DNA of 64,000 nucleotides from Candidatus Iainarchaeum sp. (GCA_043803765.1 JAZDJQ010000001.1:32150-96149), one strand, 5' to 3'. Shown: positions 14,801-24,008, numbered from the stretch's first letter. Translations and numbers: made by a program. Notes: a model not told the origin generated them from the letters alone.

Positions 14801-16459
14801 ACGATTGTTACCTCCGGTACGTGGATGGCTGGAATTGCGTGTATCACCGGCAGTACCCTTGATAATAACACGGCTCCTGCTTTTGCTATTTATCGCTGGA
14901 TTGCTGAAACGGATAGCAATGGAGAACGTATCGTGAGTCGATTTAATGCTTCCGAGATGTGTCCTATTACAACGGCGGCAATGCGCCAAAACACTAAAGC
15001 GGGAAACGTATCGAGTGTTACTTTTAATCGGGGGGACAAAATCGTGGTGGAGGTCTTGGCGGCAGTGAATTCCACTGTCCCGCCGCCTACTAGTCGTACT
15101 ATTAGTTATCGTTTTGGAAATTCGAGTACCCCAAATGATGGTAATGTTATTCTTCCTTCGGGTGTTACGTTGCGTTTTGTCGGAGACGCTAATACGATGT
15201 TGGTTTCTCCGTCGAATGATTCGAATAAGGCGATTAATGTTCCTTTTGTAGTGGATACGAATGCGACGTGCGAGCCCCATTTGGATAATGAGTCCTCTTA
15301 TTTTGATTGTGGGGATGTGAATGCGGTTCTCCAGTATTGCGTCCTCTCTTCCGGTCAGTGTGGGTCATTCTCCGACATGAATTCGGATTCTTCTTCTCCT
15401 TTGTATATTTCAAGCGGTTCTTTTGTGCAGAGTGATGATGTTCTCAATATGAGTGACACGAATACGTTTTCTTTTACTGTTTCCGGGACGCAGGTTGGGA
15501 GTTACACGTTGCGTTCCAAGGTTGATGGGGATTGGCTTCTTGCTACTAAGTATTCTAGTGGTGCGAATGATCGTAATATCACTATTTATGTTCCCCCCGA
15601 TATTAACATCACCAAACTGGATGGTTATCTGGATACTGGCGATTTTCCTGTTTTCAATTATTTTGTTGATGGAAATCTCATGATTGATTTTAATGTGTTA
15701 AGTGTTGATAGGAATAGTTTGTTGTTGGATTTGAATTATTCTTCTTCTGCTTCCCCGTATACGGGAACGGCGGTTGTGGATGATGTTAATTTGTCATTGC
15801 TTCCTTCTTCGGGTTCTTGGTATTGTGATGATACTGATTTCACTGATATGACTACTTGTGGGATTGATTGGAATATTTCAGCAGTAGCGGATGGTAATTA
15901 TTGGATTCATGCTACGTTATCCGATTCGTTGAATAATATTGATATCGATGTTTCCGATCGGAATGTGGGAATTGGGAATTTTGTTCCGCCTGATTATTCT
16001 TTTGTTCTTTTCCTTCCTTCTTCGGGTTGTACATTAGGGAAGGGTAATATTACGGGGGGTGTTTCCTGTCAAAAGGGATACATGGAGTCCACCGACACGA
16101 CGGGTGTTTCGGATGCTAATCAGATTGCTCCAGAGGGTCAGTCTGCCTCGGTTCCTTTTTTTGTTTATGATAATCAGTCTTCTACTTCTTCTGATTTGAA
16201 TATTGTTTTGGATTTGAATACTGCTCTTTCTGCAGAGCTTCGTCTTAAGGCTTCCTTGAGTGCTTCCGGGTATGAATCGGGTTGTTCGGGTGATACTGCT
16301 GTTGGGTGTATTCTTCTTTCTACTTCTACTCAAAATATTGGTAAGGCGGTTTATTCGGTTGGTTCGCAGGATTTGAATGTCTGGTTTTGGGGTGATTTTG
16401 TTTTGGCTTCGGTTGGGAGTTCGGATGTGAATGTGGATAGTAACAGCATCAGTCCGTGA
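11882..16459 (+). CDS. Giant secreted multi-domain surface protein with MG2-like and Ig-like domains
   Basis: Signal peptide; NTMHSIYRPGETAEF (MG2/A2M_N-like); VTVREFVP..W..LSYSY module; Cys-rich C-terminal domain. Confidence 0.8.
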   Translation: MSFVHGRVLIHCLSVLFLVAVISWPVIGQELIVERVLPDAPLFSIISPLDNDGVSGDVLFIIKPSSPLSRSSIRLMDRSSDFVSSFSESESYTVSWPSLSVRDGEYSFEISACDDSRCETRELSVRVRNGLEDVSVSPDDSTVSPVSDDSIPSGSSSSPSSSRPDVRESNRSSSTISVTPSNHVGAFSLYRGSTQKNSTGDDFVIRPGSYSVDAHFLENALNVHVENVRLDSSNVLFFFENDVLDSFSIGKVKYSVSRSSSLSIPYSFGSASLDLAGEPLSYNWICLSWSRSREKCESEWVSPSSSLFTFDFVSSVVVLAHAAPVAVPTAPAGVPTPVSTVSPVVRPVVVSPGVVSPPVVSHDDVVSLSASNLPARAILFDGNGNEIRSSSGRFDVAKGVYDVGIFFIDSPIGFVFLENVRVDQNGVLLIADDSVDYSSISSPPDSNWLGIVSFDSEYSFSAGLVSIRPPESVSGYFECSSWDVREKKCSVSFEPVSSSDSMGDLSPLFSRFRESLPDSAQFSFVSLPLAYGWSVSPMNILLEQPLLSFAANDIPHMKATVSNYFIDSGDVPIVASLTFPDGSVHDLDSNAIVPLSSGEFDIFPFRPRNFVPGLYTITVKGKSNSESLVSSRPSVVSFSPPSSSPSSLSFASPPVSASRSFYWGLVAVNTMHSIYRPGETAEFEIVVLDKESFGVKGASVTLSITSPISGSSSVLSTPSGILETTTPGIYIAKLPVTEEGTYRVLVDALADGIDSSIQTTFDVHSRYDFDIVRWTATKIDPARLPVPVELTISPVSSTVKNVTVREFVPKEFDIVSDQNVWVYETANEKVIEWRSVALDSNAPAVLSYSYSVPDLKPWLYLLGPIEVSPISSIPSPRDSFWEARSWMVAVDENPTSKLFFRRTGFRTVAVEPSPNDVNCGVGCDIDSYLAGVQSLYNLSDINGTTTDTNAGVTGTTAGIKKYFSAVSWALVPQTIVTSGTWMAGIACITGSTLDNNTAPAFAIYRWIAETDSNGERIVSRFNASEMCPITTAAMRQNTKAGNVSSVTFNRGDKIVVEVLAAVNSTVPPPTSRTISYRFGNSSTPNDGNVILPSGVTLRFVGDANTMLVSPSNDSNKAINVPFVVDTNATCEPHLDNESSYFDCGDVNAVLQYCVLSSGQCGSFSDMNSDSSSPLYISSGSFVQSDDVLNMSDTNTFSFTVSGTQVGSYTLRSKVDGDWLLATKYSSGANDRNITIYVPPDINITKLDGYLDTGDFPVFNYFVDGNLMIDFNVLSVDRNSLLLDLNYSSSASPYTGTAVVDDVNLSLLPSSGSWYCDDTDFTDMTTCGIDWNISAVADGNYWIHATLSDSLNNIDIDVSDRNVGIGNFVPPDYSFVLFLPSSGCTLGKGNITGGVSCQKGYMESTDTTGVSDANQIAPEGQSASVPFFVYDNQSSTSSDLNIVLDLNTALSAELRLKASLSASGYESGCSGDTAVGCILLSTSTQNIGKAVYSVGSQDLNVWFWGDFVLASVGSSDVNVDSNSISP

Positions 16460-16681
16460 TAAGGTCATTCCCGTGTTTTTCTTTCCCTTTGCAGGATATT
16501 TTTAGTGGAGTTGGGGGTGTTTCTTCCTCGGGTTGTTTTTTTCCCGGATGGTCTTTTTTTAAATGGTTTCTCGGCCTTTCCTACTATGATACATCCTGCC
16601 AATAATTAGGCTGTCATGTGGGGCGAGTTGTTTCTCACGTGTTGGTAGTTGGTAGGAGTATTTTCATTGTAGTGGAAAATT

Positions 16682-16755
16682 GGGGCCATAGCTCAGTCTG
16701 GTAGAGCAGCGGACTCTTAATCCGCGTGTCGAGGGTTCAAATCCCTCTGGCCTCG
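16682..16755 (+). tRNA. tRNA-Lys (CTT)
   Basis: Cloverleaf; GCGGA-CTCTTAA-TCCGC anticodon arm. Confidence 0.95.
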
Positions 16756-16761
16756 TTTGTT

Positions 16762-16825
16762 ATTTTTTTCCCCGGGGTTTTTTCTGTGAAGAAAAAAGGC
16801 CGGTTCTGAATCCCTCTGGCCTCGT
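16762..16825 (+). repeat. Hairpin repeat unit plus copy of the tRNA-Lys(CTT) 3' end
   Basis: 16764-16802 is identical to 18004-18042; AATCCCTCTGGCCTCGT is repeated at 16809-16825. Confidence 0.85.
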
Positions 16826-16874
16826 CTTGTTTTTTTCCCATTCAGAGGATTGCAATAGAGCCCCCTTGTTCCTA

Positions 16875-17630
16875 TTATTTTCTCTTGAGCGCTTCCGTAA
16901 AAGATTTGATTCCTTCAAACAGGTCCACGGGGACGAGGATGACCGTGTTGCTAGGCGTTGGTCCTAATCCATCGATGGATTGGAGTGTTCGTAGTTGCAT
17001 GGCCCCTTGCGTTTCTCCCATGATGCGTGCGGCTTCTGCGAGGTTCTTTGCTGCGAGCTTGTCTCCTTCGCTTTTGGTGATGTTCGCTCGTTTCTCTCTT
17101 TCCGCGCTTGCCTGTCTTGACATGATTCGTTTCAGGTCTTCCGGCATCTCAATGTCTTGCATTTTGATGCTTTCTATTTCCAGCCCCCATTGTTTGCTTT
17201 CTTTTTCTACGATGGCTGCTATTTGTTCCCCTATTTTTTGTCTTTCCGCCAGCACGTCATCTAGGTTCATGTTTCCTATCACATCGCGTAGTGCGGTTTG
17301 AGCATATTGGGATACCGCGTATACGTAATCTTGTACGTGGATGATTGCTTTTTGTGCATCTTCGACTCTAAAATATACAACTCCATTGATTGCAACTGGA
17401 ACATTGTCTTTGGTGATGGCTTGCTGTCTTGGAATGTCCATGGTGAGCACGCGCATGTCCACGGTTACACTGCGGTCGATGATGGGGATGATGAAATTGA
17501 GTCCGGGGGATAGTGTTCCTTTGTATTTTCCTAGCCGGAAAATGACGGCTGTTTCATATTGTTGAATGAGTCGAATGCTGGCGACGATAATTAAACCCAC
17601 TACTGCAATTCCAACAAATTCCCATACCAT
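16875..17630 (-). CDS. SPFH/stomatin (band 7) protein
   Basis: N-terminal TM; FRLGK..PGLNFIIPIID, ITKDNV, AQTALRDVIG, QASAEREKRA. Confidence 0.92.
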   Translation of the reverse strand: MVWEFVGIAVVGLIIVASIRLIQQYETAVIFRLGKYKGTLSPGLNFIIPIIDRSVTVDMRVLTMDIPRQQAITKDNVPVAINGVVYFRVEDAQKAIIHVQDYVYAVSQYAQTALRDVIGNMNLDDVLAERQKIGEQIAAIVEKESKQWGLEIESIKMQDIEMPEDLKRIMSRQASAEREKRANITKSEGDKLAAKNLAEAARIMGETQGAMQLRTLQSIDGLGPTPSNTVILVPVDLFEGIKSFTEALKRK

Positions 17631-17829
17631 GTTTTTGCCCCCTTGTTTATTCTTTCTTTCTTCCTATCTTTCTAAAAACCCCTTTCTTCACGGGTTGCTT
17701 TATAACCATTATTTGGTGATTTTCCTAGGTACATTGCCATGGTTGCGGTGGTGTTTTTTCCCCCCGCTGGCATTCGATGGACAGCAATGGGTTTTCCAAC
17801 TCTTTGTTTTCCTGTATACGCTCAACGAG

Positions 17830-17903
17830 GGGGCCGTAGCTCAGCCTGGTAGAGCAGCGGACTTTTAATCCGCGTGCCGTGGGTTCAAATCCCACCGGCC
17901 TCG
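17830..17903 (+). tRNA. tRNA-Lys (TTT)
   Basis: Cloverleaf; GCGGA-CTTTTAA-TCCGC anticodon arm. Confidence 0.95.
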
Positions 17904-17959
17904 TTCGTGCGTAATCTCGCGTGGTGAGGAAGTAAGGGTTTCTTTTCAGGAACCCAGAT

Positions 17960-18116
17960 TCCCGTGTTTTTTTTCTGGTTAGAAAAAGGCCGTTGCGTAG
18001 CCATTTTTTCCCCGGGGTTTTTTCTGTGAAGAAAAAAGGCCGTTGCGACAGCAATTTTTCCCCGGGGTTTTTGCCCAAAGGCAAAAAGGCCGGTTCTGAA
18101 TCCCACCGGCCTCGTT
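17960..18116 (+). repeat. Three tandem 50-bp hairpin units plus copy of the tRNA-Lys(TTT) 3' end
   Basis: AAAGGCCG at 17985, 18035 and 18085; AATCCCACCGGCCTCGTT is repeated at 18099-18116. Confidence 0.85.
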
Positions 18117-18224
18117 GTTATTTTTTCCCCCTATTAACCCGTTTGCTATTTTTTTCTTACCCAAACCTTTTTTTCCTCCAGTTGTGCTTAATTGTTCTAT
18201 AATACTTTCGGGAGGTATTTCCTT

Positions 18225-18785
18225 ATGGTTCGAAAATCGGTTCCTAAAAAATCATCCAAAAAGTCCCTTTCGGTGGATGTGAACGCATCTTCTCCTTCTT
18301 TTGAGATGAGTGCGCTTCATTCCCAGCTTCGTAGTATGCAGGAGCGTATGGATCGGTTGTTTAATTCTTCTTTGTTTGAGGATCCTCTTACGGGTTTGTC
18401 TCTTTCTGTTCCATTGCGTTTTCCTTTGAGGGGAATGTCTTCTGATTTTCCTCTTGCGCGTCCTCTTTCTGATTTTTATGAGACGAAAACGCAGGTGTGT
18501 GCGGATGTTGATTTGCCCGGGATAGAGAAGAAGGATATTCAACTGAATGTTTCTCAGGATAGGGTGGAGATTAAAGCATCCAAATCTCATGAGTCAAGGG
18601 AAGATACGAAGGGAGAATTTCGTATGGAGCGTTCCTATTCTGGTTTTTATCGTACGTTTACGTTGCCTTCGCATGCCGATACGTCTAAGTTGCATGCGAC
18701 ATTTGAGAATGGAGTGCTTCACCTGCGTATTCCCAAGCGTAAGTCGTCTTCTTCTCCTTCTTCGCGTCGTGTTCCGGTTGAATAG
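18225..18785 (+). CDS. Small heat-shock protein Hsp20
   Basis: DLPGIEKKDIQL, ERSYSGFYRTFTLP, ATFENGVLHLRIPK; GGAGG SD. Confidence 0.92.
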   Translation: MVRKSVPKKSSKKSLSVDVNASSPSFEMSALHSQLRSMQERMDRLFNSSLFEDPLTGLSLSVPLRFPLRGMSSDFPLARPLSDFYETKTQVCADVDLPGIEKKDIQLNVSQDRVEIKASKSHESREDTKGEFRMERSYSGFYRTFTLPSHADTSKLHATFENGVLHLRIPKRKSSSSPSSRRVPVE

Positions 18786-18845
18786 TGGCAGGTTTTTTTT
18801 TCTTCCTGCCTTCTTTCTTATAAACTCGGCTCGTTTCTTACTATT

Positions 18846-19034
18846 ATGGTTTCAACTAGGGTATTGCATCGTTCTACGAATGACCGTATTTTGGGCGGGG
18901 TGTGCGGGGGCATTGCGGAGCATTATGGGTTGGATTCTTCTATTGTTCGTTTGGGTTGGATTCTTCTTTCTCTTATTTGGGGTATTGGAATCGTTTTGTA
19001 TATTGCGGCTTGGCTTATTATTCCAAAAAAGTGA
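18846..19034 (+). CDS. pspC: PspC domain protein
   Basis: LHRSTNDRILGGVCGGIAEHYG..YIAAWLIIP. Confidence 0.9.
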   Translation: MVSTRVLHRSTNDRILGGVCGGIAEHYGLDSSIVRLGWILLSLIWGIGIVLYIAAWLIIPKK

Positions 19035-19082
19035 TGTTCGGTTTGTCTATCCTTTATAATATCTAATTTTCTTCTTTTGGTT

Positions 19083-19811
19083 ATGCCTTCTTCTTCTATT
19101 ATTGAAGCAAGGAAAATCACCAAGACGTACACGTTGGGCGAAGTTCCTTTGCATGTGTTGAAAGGGGTTGATGTTCAACTCAAGCGCGGGGAGTATGTTT
19201 CGATTACGGGTCCTTCGGGTTCGGGTAAAACGACTCTTCTTGATGTTCTTTCCGGTCTCTTGCGTCCTTCTTCAGGGGATGTGTTGATTAATGGTAATAA
19301 GGTTTCGGATATGGATGATAATGAGTTGGCTTTGGTGAGGGGTCAAACGATTGGTTTTGTTTTTCAAACATTTAATTTGATTAATCGTATGACGGCCGTA
19401 GAGAACGTGATGCTTCCTCTTTGGTTTCAAGGCATTCCTCTAGTTGAGCGTAAATCTCTTGCGGAGAAAACCCTTTCGGATGTGGGGTTAGGTGATCGTC
19501 TTTATCATAAGCCCACTCAGCTTTCAGGTGGTCAACGTCAGCGGGTAGCGATTGCTCGTGCTCTTGCAACGAATCCGGATGTTATTGTGGCGGACGAACC
19601 AACAGGTAATTTGGATTCGGTGGCAGGTGCCTCCATTCTGAATATTCTGGATTCGCTTCATCAAAAGCAGAAGAAAACCATTCTGGTGGTGACGCATGAG
19701 AAGTATGTTGCGGAGCGTGCCGAGCGTATCATTAATATTAAGGATGGTCTTATTCAGTCTAGTCATGTTGTTAAAAAATCCCGTTCGAGGGTGAAGGAGG
19801 ACTATAAATGA
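19083..19811 (+). CDS. ABC ATPase, LolD/MacB family
   Basis: GPSGSGKT, LSGGQRQRVAIARAL, ADEPTGNLD, VTH. Confidence 0.95.
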   Translation: MPSSSIIEARKITKTYTLGEVPLHVLKGVDVQLKRGEYVSITGPSGSGKTTLLDVLSGLLRPSSGDVLINGNKVSDMDDNELALVRGQTIGFVFQTFNLINRMTAVENVMLPLWFQGIPLVERKSLAEKTLSDVGLGDRLYHKPTQLSGGQRQRVAIARALATNPDVIVADEPTGNLDSVAGASILNILDSLHQKQKKTILVVTHEKYVAERAERIINIKDGLIQSSHVVKKSRSRVKEDYK

Positions 19812-21049
19812 AATATATCGTGTTGGCCATTTTGGCTTTTTGTATGCTGGCGGGTCTGGCTCATGCGCAATTGGTAACCGTGTCATCGTATAATATTGAT
19901 CCTTCTCCTACCATTCCCGGTCAAACGTTCACCTTGTATGCGTATGTCTACAATAGTTCTCCTATTTCGGCTATTGATACTGTTTTTACTCTTGAGCTGG
20001 GTTCTGATACTACCGATTCTTCTTTTCCTTTTTCCATTGAGCCTACTGATACGCTCACGCGTAGTTTGGGAACCGTTCTTGGTTTTTCCACGGTGCTAGT
20101 GAAATATCAGATTCAGGTTGACCCGGCTGCATTAGATGGGCAGTACACGATTAATTTGAAGGCGTCTTCCCAAAATCAATCGGGCGGGGTGCTTCCGATT
20201 GTGATTAATATTGTTGCGCGTAAGCCTATTCTTTCTATTATTCAGTCTTCTCCTACGCAAGTAGAAATTGGTCATACGGATTCTTTGCAGCTTACATTGA
20301 AAAATACGGGTTCTTCTACTGCTACTAATATTTTAGTTAGTTTGCAGGAGGACCGAACGGTGACAAGTACGGGTGCTGTTGTTGAGCGTGATATTGTTCC
20401 ATTGGGTGCTTCTACTCAATTTGTTTCCTCGTTAGGGGTGGGCAGTACTACGATTGTGAATGTTCCTATTTTGGTTAATCCTTCTGCTTCCTCCAAGCCC
20501 TATTATGTTCCGGTAACAATAGAGTATTATGATGAAAACAAGTCATTGTATACGGAAACGAGTTATCTCGGATTAAAGGTGGTGGGCAGTCCTAATTTGG
20601 AAGCCATTGTTGCAGATGCTGAACCATTGCTTGTTCCCGGGGGAAAGTCTCGTTTGACGATTGATTTGTTCAATAATGGTTTGGGTCCTGCTAAGTTTGT
20701 TCAGGCTCAAGTGGATGCAGGTTTCTTTTCCATTCCTTCGGACGCATTTTTCATTGGCACCATTGAGTCGGATGATTTTGATTCTCTTCTATTGGATGGA
20801 ATTGTTTCTTCTTCTGTTTCTCCTGGGGAGTATCCGGTGGATGTTCATATTCAATACAAGAATGAGTTTGGCGACTCGTTTTCATTTACCAAGGTAGTGA
20901 ATGTTCGTGTTTATAGTCCGGGGGACGTTCCTTCTGCGAATGGGGATAATGGTTTTCCCATTTGGATTTTTCTCATTGTGATAGTGGGGATTGGATACTG
21001 GTGGTTTAAGATTCGTAAGAAAAAGAATGGGAATGGTAATGGAAAGTGA
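19808..21049 (+). CDS. COG1361 S-layer-family protein
   Basis: Signal peptide, Ig-like repeats (LKNTGSSTATNI), C-terminal TM; usual partner of MacB-type ABC systems in archaea. Confidence 0.8.
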   Translation: MKYIVLAILAFCMLAGLAHAQLVTVSSYNIDPSPTIPGQTFTLYAYVYNSSPISAIDTVFTLELGSDTTDSSFPFSIEPTDTLTRSLGTVLGFSTVLVKYQIQVDPAALDGQYTINLKASSQNQSGGVLPIVINIVARKPILSIIQSSPTQVEIGHTDSLQLTLKNTGSSTATNILVSLQEDRTVTSTGAVVERDIVPLGASTQFVSSLGVGSTTIVNVPILVNPSASSKPYYVPVTIEYYDENKSLYTETSYLGLKVVGSPNLEAIVADAEPLLVPGGKSRLTIDLFNNGLGPAKFVQAQVDAGFFSIPSDAFFIGTIESDDFDSLLLDGIVSSSVSPGEYPVDVHIQYKNEFGDSFSFTKVVNVRVYSPGDVPSANGDNGFPIWIFLIVIVGIGYWWFKIRKKKNGNGNGK

Positions 21050-21070
21050 TTCGGGGGAGCTTTTTTTTCC

Positions 21071-22297
21071 ATGAATCCTTTAACTGAGGTTCCATCTTTT
21101 GCTTTGAGTAATTTGACTCATCAGGGACTGCGTTCCTATCTTACATTGTTGGGCGTAGTCATTGGGATTGCGGCGATTGTTACTTTGTTTTCGTTAGGTT
21201 CCGGTCTCAATAATGCGGCGACGGAGCAATTTGAGAAACTAGGAAGCAATACTCTCTTCGTTGCTCCTGCGGGTTCTTCCGGCGCGGGGGGAAATGCCCC
21301 TAGTACGAATGTTAAGACTCTTTCTCAATCCACGGTTGATAAGATTAAGGCCATTCCTCAAGTGGAGTTGGTGTTGGCCCCATTAGCATCATCGGCAAGT
21401 ATTGCTTTTGGTCGTGAGGTGGTGCAGGCTTCTTTTATTGCAACTACCGCAGAAGAGGGGAAGGCGTTTGTAGATACGGGTTTTGTTGAATTGGATGAGG
21501 GTCGTGATTTGGAGAATAAGGATGTTTTTTCTGTTGTTGTTGGGAACACTCTTGCTAAGGATGCGTTTAGTAAAGAAATTCGTCTTGGTGATAAAATTGA
21601 TATTGAGGGTCATTCTTTCAGGGTGGTGGGTATTACTAAGGCGAATGCTCAATCCTTTGGTGGGGGTCCTAATACGAATAATACTATTTTTGGTACTAAG
21701 AAGGGGTTTAATCAATTGTTTGCTGAAACGAATCCTGTTTTTCTTTTGGTGAAAACCACTTCTCGTGATGATGTTGATTTGGTTAAGAGTAAAATTGATC
21801 GTCTGTTTGAATCGATTTATGGGAAAGACCAAAAAGTATTTGCCGTTGCTACAAGTGACCAGTTGCTTGAACAATTGGGCCAATTTTTGGCGATTATTCA
21901 ATTAGTGTTAGTAGGAATTGCGTCTATTTCTTTGCTTGTTGGCGGTATTGGTATTATGAATACGATGATTATGTCCGTGTTAGAGAGAACGAGTGAGATT
22001 GGGGTGATGAAGGCGATTGGGGCTACTAACACTCTTGTATTGAGTGTTTTTATTGCCGAAGCAGGTTTTATTGGTTTGGTTGGGGGTATTTTTGGTGTGC
22101 TGATTGGGTATGCTCTTGCATTTACCGTGGGTGCTATTTCGATTGCCTCGGGTCTTGCGTTAAGAGTAGAACTTGACCCTTTTCTTGTTGGGGGGTCTCT
22201 TCTTTTTGCTATGATTGTGGGAATGGTTTCAGGTCTTATTCCTGCACGAAGGGCGGCACGCATGGATCCGGTGGTGGCATTACGTGGAATTGAATAG
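21071..22297 (+). CDS. ABC permease, MacB/FtsX family
   Basis: RSYLTLLGVVIGIAAIV; VGGIGIMNTMIMSVLERTSEIG; PARRAARMDPV. Confidence 0.93.
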   Translation: MNPLTEVPSFALSNLTHQGLRSYLTLLGVVIGIAAIVTLFSLGSGLNNAATEQFEKLGSNTLFVAPAGSSGAGGNAPSTNVKTLSQSTVDKIKAIPQVELVLAPLASSASIAFGREVVQASFIATTAEEGKAFVDTGFVELDEGRDLENKDVFSVVVGNTLAKDAFSKEIRLGDKIDIEGHSFRVVGITKANAQSFGGGPNTNNTIFGTKKGFNQLFAETNPVFLLVKTTSRDDVDLVKSKIDRLFESIYGKDQKVFAVATSDQLLEQLGQFLAIIQLVLVGIASISLLVGGIGIMNTMIMSVLERTSEIGVMKAIGATNTLVLSVFIAEAGFIGLVGGIFGVLIGYALAFTVGAISIASGLALRVELDPFLVGGSLLFAMIVGMVSGLIPARRAARMDPVVALRGIE

Positions 22298-22333
22298 AGT
22301 TCTTTTATTTTCATTAATTATTATTTTGCATTT

Positions 22334-23557
22334 ATGAATCCAATAATGGAAGTTCCTTTATTCGCGTTGCGTAATTTGAAACAGCAGTCTCTTCGTTCCG
22401 CGCTCACGTTTTCGGGTGTCATCATTGGGGTGGCGGCTATTATTACATTGTTTACATTGTCAGCTGGTCTGAATGAGGTGGTTGAACAACAATTCGAGCA
22501 ATTAGGGAGCAATACGTTGTATGTTTTTCCTTCGGCTCTTTTTTCTGGAAGTGGAGTGTCTTCGATTAATCTCAAAACTCTTTCTGAGAGTACGCAGGAT
22601 AAAATAAGATTTGTTCCAGAGGTGCAGTCCGTGCTTCCGCAGGTGTATGCGCAGGGAACGATGCAGCAGGGAAAAGAAAAATCTCTTGTATACATTGTGG
22701 GTTCTTCTCCTTCGGATGTGCAGGACTACATGGATGCGGGTTTTCTTGTGGTAACAGAGGGGCGTATCTTTAAGTCAAATGAAACATTTTCTGTTTTGGT
22801 TGGGGAGGATCTCGTTGAAGACGCGTTCACCAATCCCATTCGTCTTGGAGGCAGTCTCATTATTGAGGGAAAATCATTCAAGGTAATCGGCTTCATGTCT
22901 CAGCCATCTAAGGTGGCAGGTGACCCCTCTTCTCCATCTAATTCTCTTATGATTTCAGACAAGGGGTTTGCACAGCTTTTTTCTCAAGTAGACCCGTTAT
23001 TTCTTCTCGTCAAGGTGAATACTGCATTGGATGTAACGCCGGCAAAAGAAAAAATCGAGCGAGTATTAGAGAAAGTGTATGGGAAGGACCAGCCTTATTT
23101 TTTAGTATACACGTCAGAGCAACTTCTTGATCAATTTAATCAATTGTTTGGGATTGTGCAGCTTGTTCTCATTGGAATTGCGTCTATTTCTTTGCTTGTA
23201 GGTGGTATTGGTATTATGAATACGATGATTATGTCCGTGTTAGAGAGAACGAGTGAGATTGGTCTCATGAAAGCAGTAGGTGCCACCGATACGCTCGTAT
23301 TGAGCGTTTTTCTTGCCGAAGCGGGCATTATTGGCTTAGTTGGAGGTATATTTGGTTTGATTATTGGGTATGCTCTTGCATTCGTGGTGAAAATCGTTGC
23401 AGATGCCTCGGGTTTTGGTTTAGTGATTGAGTTGGATCCTTTTCTTATCGTGGGGGGTTTGCTTTTTTCCATTCTTATTGGCATGCTTTCAGGTTACATT
23501 CCTTCTCGCAATGCCGCAAAAATGGACCCAGTAGTTGCCATGCGTGGAACGATTTAA
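22334..23557 (+). CDS. ABC permease, MacB/FtsX family (tandem paralog)
   Basis: Same motifs as the preceding gene. Confidence 0.93.
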   Translation: MNPIMEVPLFALRNLKQQSLRSALTFSGVIIGVAAIITLFTLSAGLNEVVEQQFEQLGSNTLYVFPSALFSGSGVSSINLKTLSESTQDKIRFVPEVQSVLPQVYAQGTMQQGKEKSLVYIVGSSPSDVQDYMDAGFLVVTEGRIFKSNETFSVLVGEDLVEDAFTNPIRLGGSLIIEGKSFKVIGFMSQPSKVAGDPSSPSNSLMISDKGFAQLFSQVDPLFLLVKVNTALDVTPAKEKIERVLEKVYGKDQPYFLVYTSEQLLDQFNQLFGIVQLVLIGIASISLLVGGIGIMNTMIMSVLERTSEIGLMKAVGATDTLVLSVFLAEAGIIGLVGGIFGLIIGYALAFVVKIVADASGFGLVIELDPFLIVGGLLFSILIGMLSGYIPSRNAAKMDPVVAMRGTI

Positions 23558-23608
23558 TGCTTTTCAAAAGCCCGTTTTATAAGCGTTCTGGGATGACTTT
23601 TCTTTATT

Positions 23609-23682
23609 GGGGCTGTAGCTCAGCCTGGGAGAGCACATCGCTGAAGACGATGGTGTCGCGTGTTCAAATCACGCCAGCCCCA
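23609..23682 (+). tRNA. tRNA-Phe (GAA)
   Basis: Cloverleaf; CATCG-CTGAAGA-CGATG anticodon arm. Confidence 0.95.
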
Positions 23683-23897
23683 CTTATTTTCTATTTTGTT
23701 GATGCTGTTTTACGTGGAAGTCGATTTTGTCTCCATTTTTTTGGGGGGATTGTGCTTCTTTTTTTTGTTAGGATGTGCGGCGCATTCCATTACCTAGCTA
23801 TTTCGCTTTTTTTGAAATCGCATCCAGCAAAAATACCCTTGTCGCGGGTGGCGTTTTTCCCACGATTATGCGGGACATAAAAGACCGATGGACTAGT

Positions 23898-24008
23898 CTA
23901 TAGTTTTCCAATTGCTTCCAATAGTTTTCGGTGCGGTTTCACCAGCTTGTTGAACAGTTCAAACTCTTCCCTGACGATAGCCAATCGTTCCTTATCGCTT
24001 AAACGCAT
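23898..24008 (-). CDS. 36-aa putative antitoxin partner of the Fic/Doc protein
   Basis: Manual translation MRLSDKERLAIVREEFELFNKLVKPHRKLLEAIGKL; overlaps the 3' end of the Fic gene. Confidence 0.6.
   Translation of the reverse strand: MRLSDKERLAIVREEFELFNKLVKPHRKLLEAIGKL

Noticed and set aside
17960-18116. CRISPR array
   Set aside because: Units are near-wholly repeated with only short variable loops; no unique 30-40 bp spacers and no cas genes
17566-18202. Several short ORFs over tRNA-Lys and the repeats
   Set aside because: Translations of tRNA and repeat DNA
23557-23880. 107-aa ORF
   Set aside because: Spans tRNA-Phe; no protein-like features
23866-23880. TTATG-cggga-CATAA as a third copy of the xerA-linked palindrome
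   Set aside because: Different spacer and short arms; could be chance
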